This document shows, in pieces, positions 37,811 to 51,926 of a DNA stretch of 64,000 nucleotides (position 1 is the stretch's first letter; every line of letters starts with the position of its first letter). The stretch lies in NCBI RefSeq assembly GCF_006345805.1, contig NC_042998.1, forward strand, positions 114,018,001 to 114,082,000. The letters are read 5' to 3'. The notes beneath the pieces are model-generated. The model was not told the DNA's origin. It did not search any database and saw nothing but the letters and a program-made list of their open reading frames with translations. Both the position numbers and the translations under genes were made by a program. Origin of the DNA: Octopus sinensis (Eukaryota).

Positions 37811-38122
37811 CAGGGATAATTCAGGTCGCAATATATTAACAAGAAAGGTTGACTGGGTAGTATTTAAGAAGAATGGTCCTGGTGCGCGCACTCGCGTACT
37901 CGCGCATCCGCGCTAGCTAGTCGATCCTTACTTTGTGTTTTTTTGTTTTATTTACCTTGTTTAAATAACTTATTTGCTTTGTGTTTTTGTGTTTTCTTTA
38001 CTTTGTTTTAACAAATTATCTACTTCGTATAAAATAATTATTTATTTGTTTTATTTACTTTGCTTGGTAATCATCGTAGAATCGACTAGTCACGACTAGC
38101 CAGAGCGGATGCGCGTGTACGT

Positions 38123-38222
38123 NNNNNNNNNNNNNNNNNNNNNNNNNNNNNNNNNNNNNNNNNNNNNNNNNNNNNNNNNNNNNNNNNNNNNNNNNNNNNN
38201 NNNNNNNNNNNNNNNNNNNNNN
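38123..38222. other. Assembly gap (100 N)
   Basis: Run of N; the round length suggests a gap of unknown size. Confidence 1.
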
Positions 38223-38690
38223 TGTCAGAAAATAATCAATCTGGACTCAGCAGAGAATATAACAGTCTCCCAAAATGGTAGTGGCCTCTCCTCCATCCCA
38301 CTGGCTTAATCTATCCTCCACTTGATATTGGCTGGTCCAGGGTTATTGCTTCCTTCTGCAGCTCTGCCACAGTAATGAACTTGTTCTGCTATGTCTGAGG
38401 CCTTGCAACAAGATTATCCTCCACACTTCTTCTTCAAAAACGCGAATGGTCCTGTCAAACCTGGGCGAGGTGATGTGGATTCTTTCTTTCTGGTGAATTG
38501 CACCATCATTCTATTAACTGAAGAAAGCAGAATCACAAATTTTCCTGCCATTTTACGCTGATTAAGTCTAACCTTTTGATTGACCCGCAATATGGCATCT
38601 TTGAAATTAGACTGTTTCAAGGCTCGTTTTCTACGTGTCATAATTAAACCATCACATACAGAACCTGAAATATAAAAATATTAATTAATA
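38223..38690 (-). mobile_element. Tc1-like (DD34E) transposase N-terminal remnant, cut by the gap
   Basis: Minus strand MTRRKRALKQ..., QNKFITVAELQKEA and FWETVIFSAESRLII, resembling the Tc1 W..V.FSDES motif. Confidence 0.65.
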
Positions 38691-39439
38691 AAAGAACACA
38701 AAAACCATTCAAGTTAAAATTAACAAAAACCGATGCTTATGGGGTATATTTTTCTTCTGTCATCTGTGTTTGTGGATTTGTGTATATATAATATATATTA
38801 TGTTATGTGTGTTGTGTACATATACAAACTTATACATACCCACACATAAACACACCGGCACACTCACATACACATATGTATGTATGCATTCATGTATTTA
38901 CGTATATAGAAATGCATATATATCTCTCCACGTGCTTGAACACACCCACACAAACATCTCCACACACGGTTGCATATATGTATGAGTGTATGTATGTATG
39001 TATGTAAGTATTATGTATGTATGTATGTATGTATGTATTCTTTAATTCTCTAAACTGCTTCAGCTTTAGGCACCACCGTTGGATGTGGTATAACATTATC
39101 TGAAACAGTTTCTGATATGTAGTATTAGGTGAACGGGGGAGTTTGATATACAGCCCCCATCTATGTTTCCTGTCGTGAGGTAGGCTCATCTGGAGCCCTA
39201 CGTATATATTCGTGTGCGTAGGCATGTATATATGGATATGGATATACATATCTATGTATATGTGTAAAAATATAAATGTATGTGTATAAACATATATATG
39301 CATATGTATAAACACACACACACATATATATACTTGGAAATGGATGCGTGGCGTTCAGTTAAATAATAATATAAATAATATATATATGTATGTATATATA
39401 TATATATATATATATATTTGAGTAATTGAATGAATTATC

Positions 39440-39749
39440 TTATTAAGGATAATTCGAAAGATAACCGATACCTGGGTAGCAAATTCGCATCAGAAAGAAC
39501 ACGGTTGAAGCTACGTCATGGGCTCCTTGAGAGCGGTCAGCTAAAAGTTGTTTGTGCATTTTAATGTCGACATAAGTTCCTTGATTTTCCTGATGACAAA
39601 TCTGCATAATGTACTCATTATTCCTTCGGAAATAGGAATATGGCAGCCTTCGAAACATATTCGAGAATAAAGGATATTTGTTAAACTAGTCGTTCAACTC
39701 ATTTCTTCAAATACTTATAATTTTTTATATTATATATATATATATATAG

Positions 39750-39793
<44 letters not shown>

Positions 39794-41150
39794 ATATACA
39801 TATATATCCATATATATATGTATGTGTATATATGTATATATATATGTATATATATATATACACACATACATATATCAGTTGTCGGTTGTCCTCACTTTTG
39901 GATTTTATGGAGGGTCAAATTTGGGAACAAAAACAGAACAGTATGGCACTTGATCTGTTACGATGCATGCCGGCTTGCTCAGCTGCCTACAGGAATTTGA
40001 CCACATTACAGTCGTGTTCTTCCTGAATAAATGAATCCATAATGCGTTGAAAGATGGCATCAGCATAGGTACACTCGAATGACAGGCGAGTAAATTCGGA
40101 CAGTTTGTTACTGACTTCGAAGGCAGTCAAATGAAAATCCTCTTCGCGCAATGGCTAGGCTTCTTGCAGGTCAATAGTAGAGATGTGATGACTGAACGCG
40201 ATTCTTTTGAATAAATAACCACTGTTAGCAGCAGAATAAGCGTAAATAGGAATAAAGCGATTTATGATTTGGTAGAGTTAAATCAAAGTCTTCACTTATT
40301 CTCTCTCTTTATACGGCGAATGACCGTGCGCATGATGTGCTTCTACTTTCCTATTTAATATTGTCTTTCAAAATTCTCTTGATTTCACCTTCGATGGACT
40401 CTCTATGACGATGGTTTCGTCGGGATTTCGTAGCGATCGGTGTTAGATTAGACATATCGACGCCGGGTAGCAGAATTAAACGTTGGCAAATTAATTCCTT
40501 ATGAGGAACTCAAACAAACATCGGGTCCCAATTACCGTCTAGATTTAACATTACCACTTTGTGCAGTCTTAAAACGTTCATTTTTAATCAATCGGTGACA
40601 CATGCGAGTCAACAGTTTACACTTCTAATTCGTAATAGCATCCATCTCACTCATGAGGTACTAAATACGCTTCACAGATGTTAAATTGTCTGTTTTCAAC
40701 TAAAAGGATATGCTTTTTTGAGAGGAAGCCCAAATTCTTTTGTATGATGTAAACAAATAAAGGTCCAATATGATACAGTATCTAGTAGAGCGGCTGTCCT
40801 CGTTGGCTAATTCAAAGGTTAAAGCAATGTTAGCTAATGGTCCTAGGTCGTCTTCTGTAGACTCAAGTAAGCGTTGAGGAATGGTCGGTAAATTTATTCT
40901 TGAGACGAAGGAGTCGCGAATTAGTAAGTTACGTTGTTTTTCTGTATATGATACACTTTGCAAGATTTCTTTTAACTCTAATAGAAACCTTGTATTGACT
41001 GATCTCCTGCTTCAGTATAATTACGTAGTCTGTGTGGAGCCATTGTAGAAAAGGTTTTCTTGATAAAGTCTTATCGAGGAGATTGAGGGCTTCCTGAAAC
41101 GGGATACACTTTCGACAACTTGATAAGCTTCAGCTCCGTAGAGAACTTAA
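39440..41150 (-). mobile_element. Decayed Ty3/Gypsy pol remnant (protease, RT, integrase pieces) interrupted by (TA)n
   Basis: Minus strand AALLDTVS (protease-like, ~40790), PIATKSRR..IEGEIKRILK, ISTIDLQEA, EEDFHLTAFEV..KLSEFTRLSFE..ADAIFQRIMDSFI (RT, 40030-40490); weaker integrase-like text at 39445-39720. Confidence 0.8.
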
Positions 41151-41466
41151 AGTACAAAACTCATCATTATACAATACTATTGTACTCTAACAAATCAATG
41201 CAAATCAAGAAAGCTCGCTGATCAGATCACCAGAACATCAACGTTACACCTACGTATATGCATATGTATGTATGTATGTATATGTATGTATGTATTATGT
41301 ATGTATGTATGTATGTATGTATGTATGTATGTATTATGAATGTATGTATTATGTATGTATGTATGTATGTATGTTGGTATGTATGTAGGTATGTATGTAT
41401 CTATCTATCTATCTATCTCTCTATCTCTCTATATATGTAGGTATAATATATATATATATATGTATA

Positions 41467-41514
<48 letters not shown>

Positions 41515-41600
41515 TTATATTAGATATATATATATCTATATATATATCTATATATCTTATATATAATATATATATATCTATATATATATATATATATATA

Positions 41601-41656
<56 letters not shown>

Positions 41657-41742
41657 TATATATATATATATATGTATATATATTATATATATATATATAT
41701 ATAATATAATATATATATATAATATATATGTATAATATGCGT

Positions 41743-42080
41743 GAAGGCGCTTGGCTCAGTGGTTTAGAGCGTCGAGCTTACGATCGTGAGGTTGTGAGCT
41801 CGAATCCCGGACCGGGCTGCGTGTTGTGTTCTTGAGCAAGACATTTTATTTCACGTTGCTCCAGTTCACTCAGCTGTAGAAATGAATTGCGACGTCACAG
41901 GTGTCAAGCTGTATCGGCCCTTGCCTTTCCCTTGGACAACATCGGTAACGTGGAGAGGGGAGGCCGGTATGCATGGGCGACTGCTGGTCTTCCATAAAAA
42001 AAACAACCTAGCCCAGACTTGTGCCTCGGAGGGTAACTCTCTATGTGCAAACCCATGGTCAGTGTCTGACCGAAGGGGGT
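41743..42080 (+). mobile_element. tRNA-derived SINE, family C, full length
   Basis: Same head and core as 23193, without the internal deletion. Confidence 0.9.
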
Positions 42081-42198
42081 CACCACCACCATGTATATAT
42101 CTATATATACAACGTAGCGGTTCTACAAAAGAATGTAATAAGTGCTAGGGTCGATTTGTTTTACTAATCCTTTCAAAGTGAAGACCAGCAAATTCACG

Positions 42199-42237
<39 letters not shown>

Positions 42238-42494
42238 TGACTCTCACACACATACGTTTGCTCCTATCTGACGAGCGACACGTCGTAAAATTCATGTAGC
42301 GAGAAGAAATAGTTTAAATACACCATCTTCTCAATAATATATGCATTGAGTTCTCTCATCCTCACTCGTGTTCCACAAAGTCAATGTTGGACACTGGAAT
42401 TCACCACCCACTGTACGTATGTATGTATGTGTGTATGTATGTATGTATGTATGTATGTATGTATGTATGTATGTATGTATGTATGTATGTGTTA

Positions 42495-42525
<31 letters not shown>

Positions 42526-43073
42526 ATGTATGTATGTATGTACGTATGTATGTATATCATGATGAATATAGTTATACGCAAGAACGCATATACACGAGTT
42601 TGGTGTATTGTGCTCGTAGTGTTTGTATGTATGAGAAATTACGACTATATATTTTACGTCGCATCAGTTTGCAAATATTGTGGAATAAATTTAGGTAAAA
42701 TATAAATAAAGCGGAAATGAACACCATAGTATACATATAGAGGAGTTATTTAAAATTCTGGCTTATATACCGCCAAAGGCGATTCACTTCTTTTGTAGAT
42801 TTCCATTCATTTATGTGTGTCGTGGTTGAGGTATCGCATTTCATTGCTAATGCAATGTAACTGTTGTCTGAAGATGCATACTTTCTAATTGGTCATTTGC
42901 AGATATTCAGAATTCACTTCCGATTATAAACAAATCCAGAAGCTAAATAACAGAGACCGTCCTCTCAATAATACATACATACAAACATGGGTACATACAT
43001 ATATAGATATATATATATACACTCACGCACACACACATACATACATACATACATACATACATACATACATACA

Positions 43074-43151
<78 letters not shown>

Positions 43152-43266
43152 CACATTTATATTTGCATACATAAAAGAATACATATGTGTGCATGCATGT
43201 GATCGCATATATATATTTTTGCTGTAGTTTCAGCTCAGAGCTGTGGGCATGCTGATGCACCGTCGT

Positions 43267-43298
<32 letters not shown>

Positions 43299-43686
43299 TA
43301 TATATAATATATATACATGCATAAATTATATACATGTATACATATATGTACTTATATATGTATGTATACATGTAGTAAATATATGTAAATAGGTGTGTAT
43401 AACTATAAGATTGCGTCGTAGCAGGGTGCCTCTGTTTTCCTACTCAGACGTTAGCAGTAAAATAATTTCAAAAGATGACACATATCTCTCCCCCTTGTAT
43501 TTCTTCTCCCCCGCTGGTGTGTGTGTGTGTATATATACATACACACACACCACACCATATATATATATATTATATATATAGATATATAATATATATATAT
43601 ATACATATATGTGTATATACACATATTATGTATATATCAGTATATAATTATATATATCTATATCCATACTTACTTTTATACATATA

Positions 43687-43738
<52 letters not shown>

Positions 43739-44097
43739 TATATATGTTTGTGTGTGTGTGTGTGTATGTGTGTGTGTGTGTGTGCATGTGTGTATATGTA
43801 ACTTTTATAATAAGCATAGGTCTCTGTTGGAGCACCATTTTCTGCACAAATTAATCTCATTGTTTGAAGGTAAATTGCCATCAGCATATATTTTGTTATG
43901 GATCCTTCATTGATAATATATGTATGTACGTATGTATGTATGTATGTATGTATGTAGTATGTATGTATGTATGTAATTCATGTAATGTATGTATGTATGT
44001 ATGTATGTATGTATGTATGTGTTTTGTATGTATGTATGTATGTTATGTATGTAAGTATGTATGTACGTATCTATGTATTATATATATATAATAATAT

Positions 44098-44154
<57 letters not shown>

Positions 44155-44462
44155 GAATATACATATATATATGTATATACATATACATAAGTACATAGTG
44201 CATATATGTGGTGTGAGTGTGTGTGTGTTTGTATATTATATATGTATAAGCATACTGATGCAGCGATATCTTTACAGATAGAAAGGCACAGATACTCGCA
44301 CATACTTCGCACGCGAACTCACACCCACATATATGAATATGTGTACGTGTAGCTTTGAATGTTTCCATGCAGCTTTTCTATGAGACTAAGTACCTTGTGT
44401 AGATTTTACACACACACACATATAATGTATATATTATATTTATATATATTTCCTCTCACACC

Positions 44463-44514
44463 GTCCCCGATGAAGGGATATTATTAATTAATATTCTAGA
44501 AACAGCTGTAAGAC
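44463..44514 (+). ncRNA. Degenerate minimal hammerhead motif (probably inactive), Penelope-like
   Basis: gtcc-CCGATGA-agggatatt attaatt aatattcta-GAAA-C-AGCT-GTA-agac; U4 replaced by C and stem I reduced to 3 bp. Confidence 0.55.
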
Positions 44515-44730
44515 CTTCTATCTATAAATGCTCTAATATCTATGCAGCCTTGGTTTTTCATCTCATTACCTAAAAAATTCGTATATACACACGCTGACAT
44601 AGAGCCAACGTTGAACCCTTTATTCGTAATATTACCGAATTTGGAACTTAACTATGATCTGTCTATAGCACTTATTCAGCATCACCTGACACCTTTGGGT
44701 CTCAATGACACCATTATCTCATGATATATG

Positions 44731-44783
<53 letters not shown>

Positions 44784-44791
44784 TATATATA

Positions 44792-44950
44792 TACTAGCAG
44801 TATCGCCCGGCGTTGTTCGGGTTTGTAAGGGAAATAACTATATAAGCATTTTTAGAGAGTTACTTCCCTTATAGATGCCAATTCGGGCTTTCTTAGCCAT
44901 TTCTGTTTTGGTGTCTTCAAGCCATGAAGTCGTTTAAGAAATATGTAATA
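44792..44950 (+). mobile_element. Non-autonomous Helitron/Helentron-like terminal fragment
   Basis: tactagcagtatcgcccggcgttgttcggg terminus with short GC hairpin directly after (TA)n, as in Lep1/DINE-type elements. Confidence 0.45.
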
Positions 44951-45195
44951 TGATAGTATGATTAAGGAGTTATAACAGAAAATTAGACAATATTTGTAAA
45001 ATGTTTAATGGAACAGACTGCAAATTAATGCATAAAGATGAAGCTTCGAAGACCACCATTTGCTTGGAGAGCAAATGAAAAAATGTTGGAACAGAAGTCG
45101 AAGAAGCTTTAAATCACTGCAATGTTGCTACACAGCTAGCAACTATTAACAGCAGTGAGTTAGAGGAACTCCAACAAAACCTGTATTAAAGAGAA

Positions 45196-45230
<35 letters not shown>

Positions 45231-45315
45231 TAATAATAATAACAATAATAATAATAACAATAAAAATAATAACAACAACAATAATAACAATAATAATAAC
45301 AACAACAACAATAAC

Positions 45316-45360
<45 letters not shown>

Positions 45361-45544
45361 TATTTTATTATTATTATTATAATAACAACAACAATAACAA
45401 GTGAAAATTATTTAAGAATGGTCTCTAGCTTACTATCTATGCAGTAAGTGCAACAGATTGTTTTAACTAGTACGTCACACGTATTCAGAAGAGCATTGCC
45501 ACTGTGAATAAAGAGAAAATAATAATGATAATAATAATAGAAGA

Positions 45545-46499
45545 GAAACGAACTGGCAGAACAAAATTAAGGATTAGTGGAGCTAGAAGCCTATGCATAG
45601 ACTGTATGTACTTCGAAAGCAAATTGCTGCTGTAGGCCAAGCAACAACCCATCAGTGGCTGATAAATTCAGGAATGAAAGCAGAGACTGAAGGTTTAATA
45701 TTAGCGGTACAAGATCAAGGCTTGCTTACCAAAAACTACCAGGCTAACGTTCTTCAAAATGATTATGACCCCAAATGCAAATTCAGCGATAAATTTGATG
45801 AAACAATAAACCATCTCCTCTCGAGGTGTCCTATGCTGACATCAAACAAATACAAAATTAACATGATAGGGTAGGATAGTATTTAAATTGGAAAATATGT
45901 AAACACCATAAAATCAGCACTCTTGCTTACTGGTATGAACATCATCATGCGCCAGTCGTTGAAGGTAAAAATGTCACTATCCAATGGGATTTTTCGCTCA
46001 ACACCGACAGAACGATCCAGGCTAATCGACCAGATATAGTCATTAAAGACGGAAAAAATACTTTTAGACTAAAAGATGTAAATATTCCGACTGATAAAAA
46101 TATATCTGTAAAGAAATTTTACAAATTATGTAAATATAAGGGCCTGGAAATTGAAATACAAAAGATGTGGCATCTTAAGGCGAGAACTGTTCCTGTTATT
46201 GCGGGTGCCCTAGGTATGATAAGAAAGAGATGTCAGAAACAGCTAGATAGTATCCCAGGAGAACCATGTCTTAGAGTAATCCAAAAGATTGTGCTGACAA
46301 GTACTACCCACATCCTTAGAAAAACCCTATCAATTTGAATGCGTGTGTTGTATTACAAGAAGATATTTCGCTACTGCTCCTACCACTTCTCCTACCCAAG
46401 CTTTCAGTCATCCTGTAGCATCTCTTGTCCTTCACTCGCCCTAGGACGCTGGGTGTGTCTTGGCGAGAGATTGTAACAAACATGCAGAGTAAAAGTAAA

Positions 46500-46500
<1 letters not shown>
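45545..46500 (+). mobile_element. R4/Dong-clade LINE 3' portion with 3' UTR, between (TAA)n tracts
   Basis: QWLINSGMKAETEGLILAVQDQGLLTKNY, ETINHLLSRCP, WDFSLNTDRTIQANRPDIVIKD, PVIAGALGMI, ILRKTLSI* at 46339; runs into (AAT)n at 46500. Confidence 0.9.
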
Positions 46501-46595
<95 letters not shown>

Positions 46596-46596
46596 C

Positions 46597-46830
46597 CAGC
46601 TACTGCTAGTCATGCTACAAGACATAAGTGGAATAAACAAGTAAACATGACGGTTATGACGTGTTACTACTAGAGCACTCCAGTGGACGCAAATGGTGTG
46701 CCTGTCAGAGGGTATTGAAAATGAACGCACAGTGAATGGAAGGCAGTGGATCTCTTTGAAATTACTGAACAGAGATTATGTAACCAAGCAAGAGCTACAT
46801 GAAATAATGTATGATTAACAGAAGACACTC
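46597..46830 (+). mobile_element. R4/Dong-clade LINE N-terminal ORF fragment
   Basis: RHKWNKQVNMTVMTCYY..., VRGY, EITEQRLCNQAR, starting directly after (AAT)n. Confidence 0.6.
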
Positions 46831-46921
46831 GGCAAGAAGGCACTTAGGAAGACAATCGGCAAGAAATGGAAACATAATTGAAAGAAGATGCTAATGAAAA
46901 TAATGATAATGATAATGGTGA

Positions 46922-46992
<71 letters not shown>

Positions 46993-47023
46993 ATGATAAT
47001 AATAATAATAATAATAATAATAA

Positions 47024-47579
47024 TATTGGGTTGTCCGATTTTTAAAGGAAAGAAAAAGGTCAATAAATATTTGTCATGACATTCTTAATCCACCATATAT
47101 GAACTATTTTGTTGTACAATGCGTCTCCATCTTTCCTTTAACTTGAAAATGCCCTCTTCCCAGAATTGAGGTGGTTTCATGGCAAAGAGTTCATCAAGCT
47201 ATCTTTTTACGTCATCCAAGGAATTGGAATTTTTACCATTAAGACTATCCTGCAGAGACCTGAATAAGTGGAAATCCGAAAGAGCAATATCTGGTGAATA
47301 TGGAGGGTGGGGTAACACATCTTAGCCAAGCTGCAGCATTTTTTGCCTGGTTCCCAAAGCATCACATGCCGAAAATGAATTTTCTTATCTTCCATTTTAA
47401 AGTGTTACAGAATTAACACAAGTTATAGGAACATAAACCTTCTTCCACGAAAAGATAGCTTAAACTGTGCTCTAAATTGAGGTGTAGTCAAATCCTATTT
47501 TATGAACTCAACCATGTTCTAAAATAAGTCGAAAAGTAAGCTACTATAAATCGGCACGAACTTTCCAGACAACCCAATA
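47024..47579 (-). mobile_element. Internally deleted mariner with both TIRs and TA target duplication
   Basis: ta-ttgggttgtccg ... gacaacccaa-ta; MEDKKIHFRHVMLWE joined to VLPHPPYSPDIALSDFHLFRSLQDSL...WRRIVQQNSSYMVD*. Confidence 0.9.
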
Positions 47580-47584
47580 ATAAG

Positions 47585-47900
47585 GGGCTGATTGCTACCT
47601 AGCTCAGATACCAGGAAATCCCCAAATGGCAGAAATTCAAAAGATTGTGCTCATGGGAACTGCTCATATCCTACGCAAAATACTTTCTATGTAATCACAA
47701 GTTTTAAAACAAACATAATTTTCTGATGGTTTCTTAAACATGATAATTTTCTGATGGTTTCTACAACACTATGTGCAAAACCAAATATATGACACCCTAA
47801 GCATAATAGCAACTTGAACTTCTAACTTGTTGTCTCTTGAGGTTTCTGGGTGAGACTTGGAGTCAGCTTATACAAATACAAAGCAAAACTCAAACAAATA
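47585..47900 (+). mobile_element. R4/Dong-clade LINE extreme 3' end
   Basis: YLAQIPGNPQMAEIQKIVLMGTAHILRKILSM* followed by a UTR ending in (TAA)n. Confidence 0.85.
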
Positions 47901-47948
47901 ATAATAATAATATCATTATTATTATTATTAATAATAATAATAATAATA

Positions 47949-47995
<47 letters not shown>

Positions 47996-47996
47996 G

Positions 47997-48500
47997 CTGA
48001 TTGGTAGTGTTATCATGTACATTATTTTGTCTTGGTATAAAAGATGGGCTACAGTAAATATTCTGCTCAATACCACAGATTTGCCTGTCAGTTGTTTGAC
48101 CTTAACCAGTTGAACATGTCCCTTAGTGGCTGATGATATGTGCATCTCTAATCACGAGCAGAAGTAGTGGGGGAACATCATAGCCATGTGTTGAGAGAAA
48201 TTCTTTGGGAGAGTGACTAATTCACCTCTAGAAACATGGGTGATTCGTTCAACATCCTTAAACAACCCTTATTCAGGGACCGTTTGAGCGGGATGGGTTA
48301 CCTGAAGAAAATTCCAACTGGACACCACCTGCAAGGTCATGTGCTGTTTATCTTGATATGAAATCACCATGTCGCGCACATATGGTTGTGACACATGTGT
48401 CTAGTGTTCCTTTATCTGACGGGTAGTCATGATGGGTATACTGGGCTTTGTATATTTTACCCTAGTGTCACTTTGGTGGCATGCACTGTTCTTTCACTCA
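47997..48500 (+). mobile_element. Non-coding interspersed repeat, family E, in (AAT)n
   Basis: Homologous, in inverted orientation, to 51370-51930; no tRNA head or ORF recognised. Confidence 0.8.
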
Positions 48501-48689
48501 ATTATAATAATAGTATTATTATGTCAAGCTGTCCTACCTGTCGAAAATTAAAAATGTAAAGAGATCTCTCAAAACAAATACTTTTTAGTATTACACCATT
48601 TCTTCACAACAATCAAAATAAGGAAAATATGAATGACATTATTTGATTGTGTCGTCTCATGAAACGCTAAAAGAAAGGAGGAAACGGCA

Positions 48690-49600
48690 ACAACGAGCCA
48701 AAGAACACAATGGACGACTTATACAAATAATCAATGCAGCGTGTTAAAAATAATGGAAGTTAGCGATAGCAATTTTAAGAGTATAGATATTATATTTAGC
48801 GCAATACAATATAATATTTGATCAATATCAGCAAGTCTTACTTTTGCAACTACTGGAATCCAGCAATAATTTTTGATAACAGCTGAACAGTAAATTGAAT
48901 ATAGATGTATAAATCATTTTGCATAGGTGCGTACACCTAAGTCATGCAGAAAAATCAATCAGTTCATTGTTTCACAAACTATTATTAGATTATACAGATA
49001 TACACAAAAAGAACTCGGTATTCACTGAAATCGATCACAAGAAGGTTTTTGATACGATCCCAATGACTGAATTATCAAGATCTGCAATTATATTAATTTG
49101 ATGACCCCCATGGAAAAGATCATAAAGCAGTTATGAATTAACATAGAGTTCTTACGGTCAGTATCATTATAGTGATTATAAACTGGTTGATATTCTGGTA
49201 TATATCTTAGCCTAAGCTTGCTACCGATACTCAGTTTCTAAAAGCAGCCAAACTGGAACACCCCATGAAGAAAAGGAGGTCCAAGATTATGTTGCATGTC
49301 TCCATGAACTTTATATAACTGGCTATTATCAATCTAGTTCGAAGCTTTCGTCAGAGTGTCATACACGTTAGTAGGGTCTTTAAGATGGTCTTTTGACTGA
49401 AGAAAAGCAAGAATATGACAACATGACGAGACATAATTTCAAACTTCGGGAAGCTGAAATAATATGGGAACTGGGAAATTCGGCGTTCTAAAAATACTTC
49501 GGCATCGATGAACGTAAAATTACGTGCGTAAGTTTTAGACAATGAACACAAACCGCAACAAAGCAGAACATTAGAAGGAGTACTATCTGTTCTATTACGT
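48690..49600 (+). mobile_element. Heavily decayed R4/Dong-like RT fragment
   Basis: NSVFTEIDHKKVFDTIP resembles the RT DY.KAFDS.P motif. Confidence 0.45.
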
Positions 49601-50161
49601 TTTCTATACAGGTTATATGTGAGGCTGAGTATTCGATTGAAGTATGAAAGGCCTAAATTCTATTGAACTTTAATGTATGAAATCTAAATAAATAAAAAGA
49701 AGAAAAGAAAAAAAAATAAGTGCACGCTAAATATACTATAAATATGACAACTAGAAACTACATTCCTAGCAGAAAATATGGTAGAAAATTATTAAACCTT
49801 CAAAGTGCGATATACGATGGCAGACATTAATTTTAATCACTTACCAATTTGCAAGAAGTCCCGTTCTATGTTCTTGTTGGCTATCATAAAAAAAAGGTAG
49901 TATATCCATAATATCCGCACAAACAAAATTCTCACAAAAAGTTGAACTCGTCTTCGAACAGCTAACGTTTAGCCCTAAAGCAGTAACACAACGGAATACA
50001 ATTACTAATGTATCTATAATGGACAACAGTAACTACAACAAAAATAACTTCAAAATAAATGTGATTTTGAAGGAGATAGTGAGGATAATGATGGCAATGA
50101 AAATAATAATAATTATAACGATAGTGATGCTAATGATGATGGTTACTGAATATATATATAT

Positions 50162-50197
<36 letters not shown>

Positions 50198-50719
50198 GTG
50201 TCAATAGAAATCTCACTGTGTTCCTATGAGTGAAAGGGCGATGTGAAGTTGAAGATCTGAATAAAACGTCAAACTTTCAGTTCGGTATAGGGGTGTGTGA
50301 AGATTCGTCGTAAAAGACACCACAATAGCTTGATTAAGCAATTGTGTTCGACTTGTGGGTAATATTTCTTCTTAGAGATTGTTGGAAAAAAATGAAAGAA
50401 AACTTAGCTATTCATATTTTCTATTTTATATTTAATGTAGAAATAAGGATTTATTTTGAAATGTAAAATTCTCTTATATCTGCACGGGTCCACTCAGAAA
50501 CATTTCATTTCTTCTTTTTATTTTCCACTTTATTAATGATATTTATATTACTAACTATTAGTATTATCATCACAGTCACCGTGGTCATATCACTCATCAT
50601 CATCCTCATCATCCTCATCATCCTCATCATCCTCATCATCCCCATCATCCTCATCATCCTCATCATCATCATCCTCATCATCATCATCATCATTGTTGTT
50701 GCTGTTGCTGTTGTTGTTG

Positions 50720-50757
<38 letters not shown>

Positions 50758-50764
50758 TAAGAAA

Positions 50765-51350
50765 CGCCGAGCTGGTAGAATCGTGTCCGTGTTTATGTTC
50801 TGAGTTCAAATTCTACCGAGATCGACTTTGCCTTTCATCCTTTCGGGGTCGATAATTTAAGTACCAGTTGAACACAGAGATCGATGTAATCGACGTATCC
50901 ATCCCCCGAAATTACTGGTCATGTGTCAAAATTTGAAACCGTTATTATTATTAAACACGGTGAGCAAGCAGAAGCATCAGCCCACCAGGTAAACTGCATA
51001 GCGGTATTTCATCAGTCTTCACGTTTTGAGTTCAAATTCCACTGAGGTCTATTTTGTCTTCCATCCTTTCGGAGAATAAGTATGAAACGAACAATGGGGG
51101 TCAATATAATCGACTAGGCCCTCTACTGTCTCAAAACTTCAGGCCTGGTGCCTATACGAGCTAGTAGAATCGTTACCGCACCGGAAAAATGCTTAGCGCC
51201 TTTCATCTCTCATTTACTTTCTAAGTTCAAATTCCGCCAGAGTGAACTTTGCTTTTCATCGTTTCGGGGTCAATAGAATAATACCAGTCAAGTACTGGCG
51301 TCGATGTAGTGGACAAGCCCTCTCACCCAAAATGTTGGTCCTTGAGTAGA
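50765..51350 (+). mobile_element. Three successive diverged SINE-B copies
   Basis: gagttcaaattc...gactttgcctttcatcctttcggggtc-like bodies at ~50765-50940, ~50960-51140 and ~51155-51350. Confidence 0.8.
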
Positions 51351-51369
51351 AAGATCATTATCAATATTA

Positions 51370-51926
51370 TGTGAGAGAGCAGCGCATGCCATCGAAGTGT
51401 CACTGAGGTAAAAATATGCGAAGCCCTATACACCCGTCATGAATACCCGTGCGATAAAGGATACACCACGCACATGCATCATAACCATAAGTATGCGACA
51501 TTGTGTTTTCATATCAATATAAACAGAGCATGACTTTGCAGGAAGGGTCCAGTTAGAATTTTCTTCAGGTCGACTAGCTCATCCCGCTCAAAAAGGTCCC
51601 TGAATAAGGATTGTTTAAGAATGTTGAACGAAAAACCCATGTTTCTAGAGGTGAATTAGTCACTCTCCCAAACAATTTCTCTCAACACATGGCTATGATG
51701 TTCCCCTACTACTTTTGCTTGTGATCAGAGATGCACATACCCTCAGCCACCAAGGGACGTATAAACTGGTTATAGTCAAACAACTGAGAGGCAAATCTGT
51801 GGTATTAAGCATAATATTTGTTGTAGCCCGTCTTTTACACCAGACAGAACATGTATATGATAACACATCCAATTATTTAACATCAGAAGTTATGACAGCG
51901 AGTGCCATGTATTGCATCAGAGCATC

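Noticed and set aside
40700-41100. Initial impression of a Penelope RT (IPFQEALNLL, LGPLANI)
   Set aside because: Adjacent frames give ordered Gypsy protease and RT motifs, which explain the region better.
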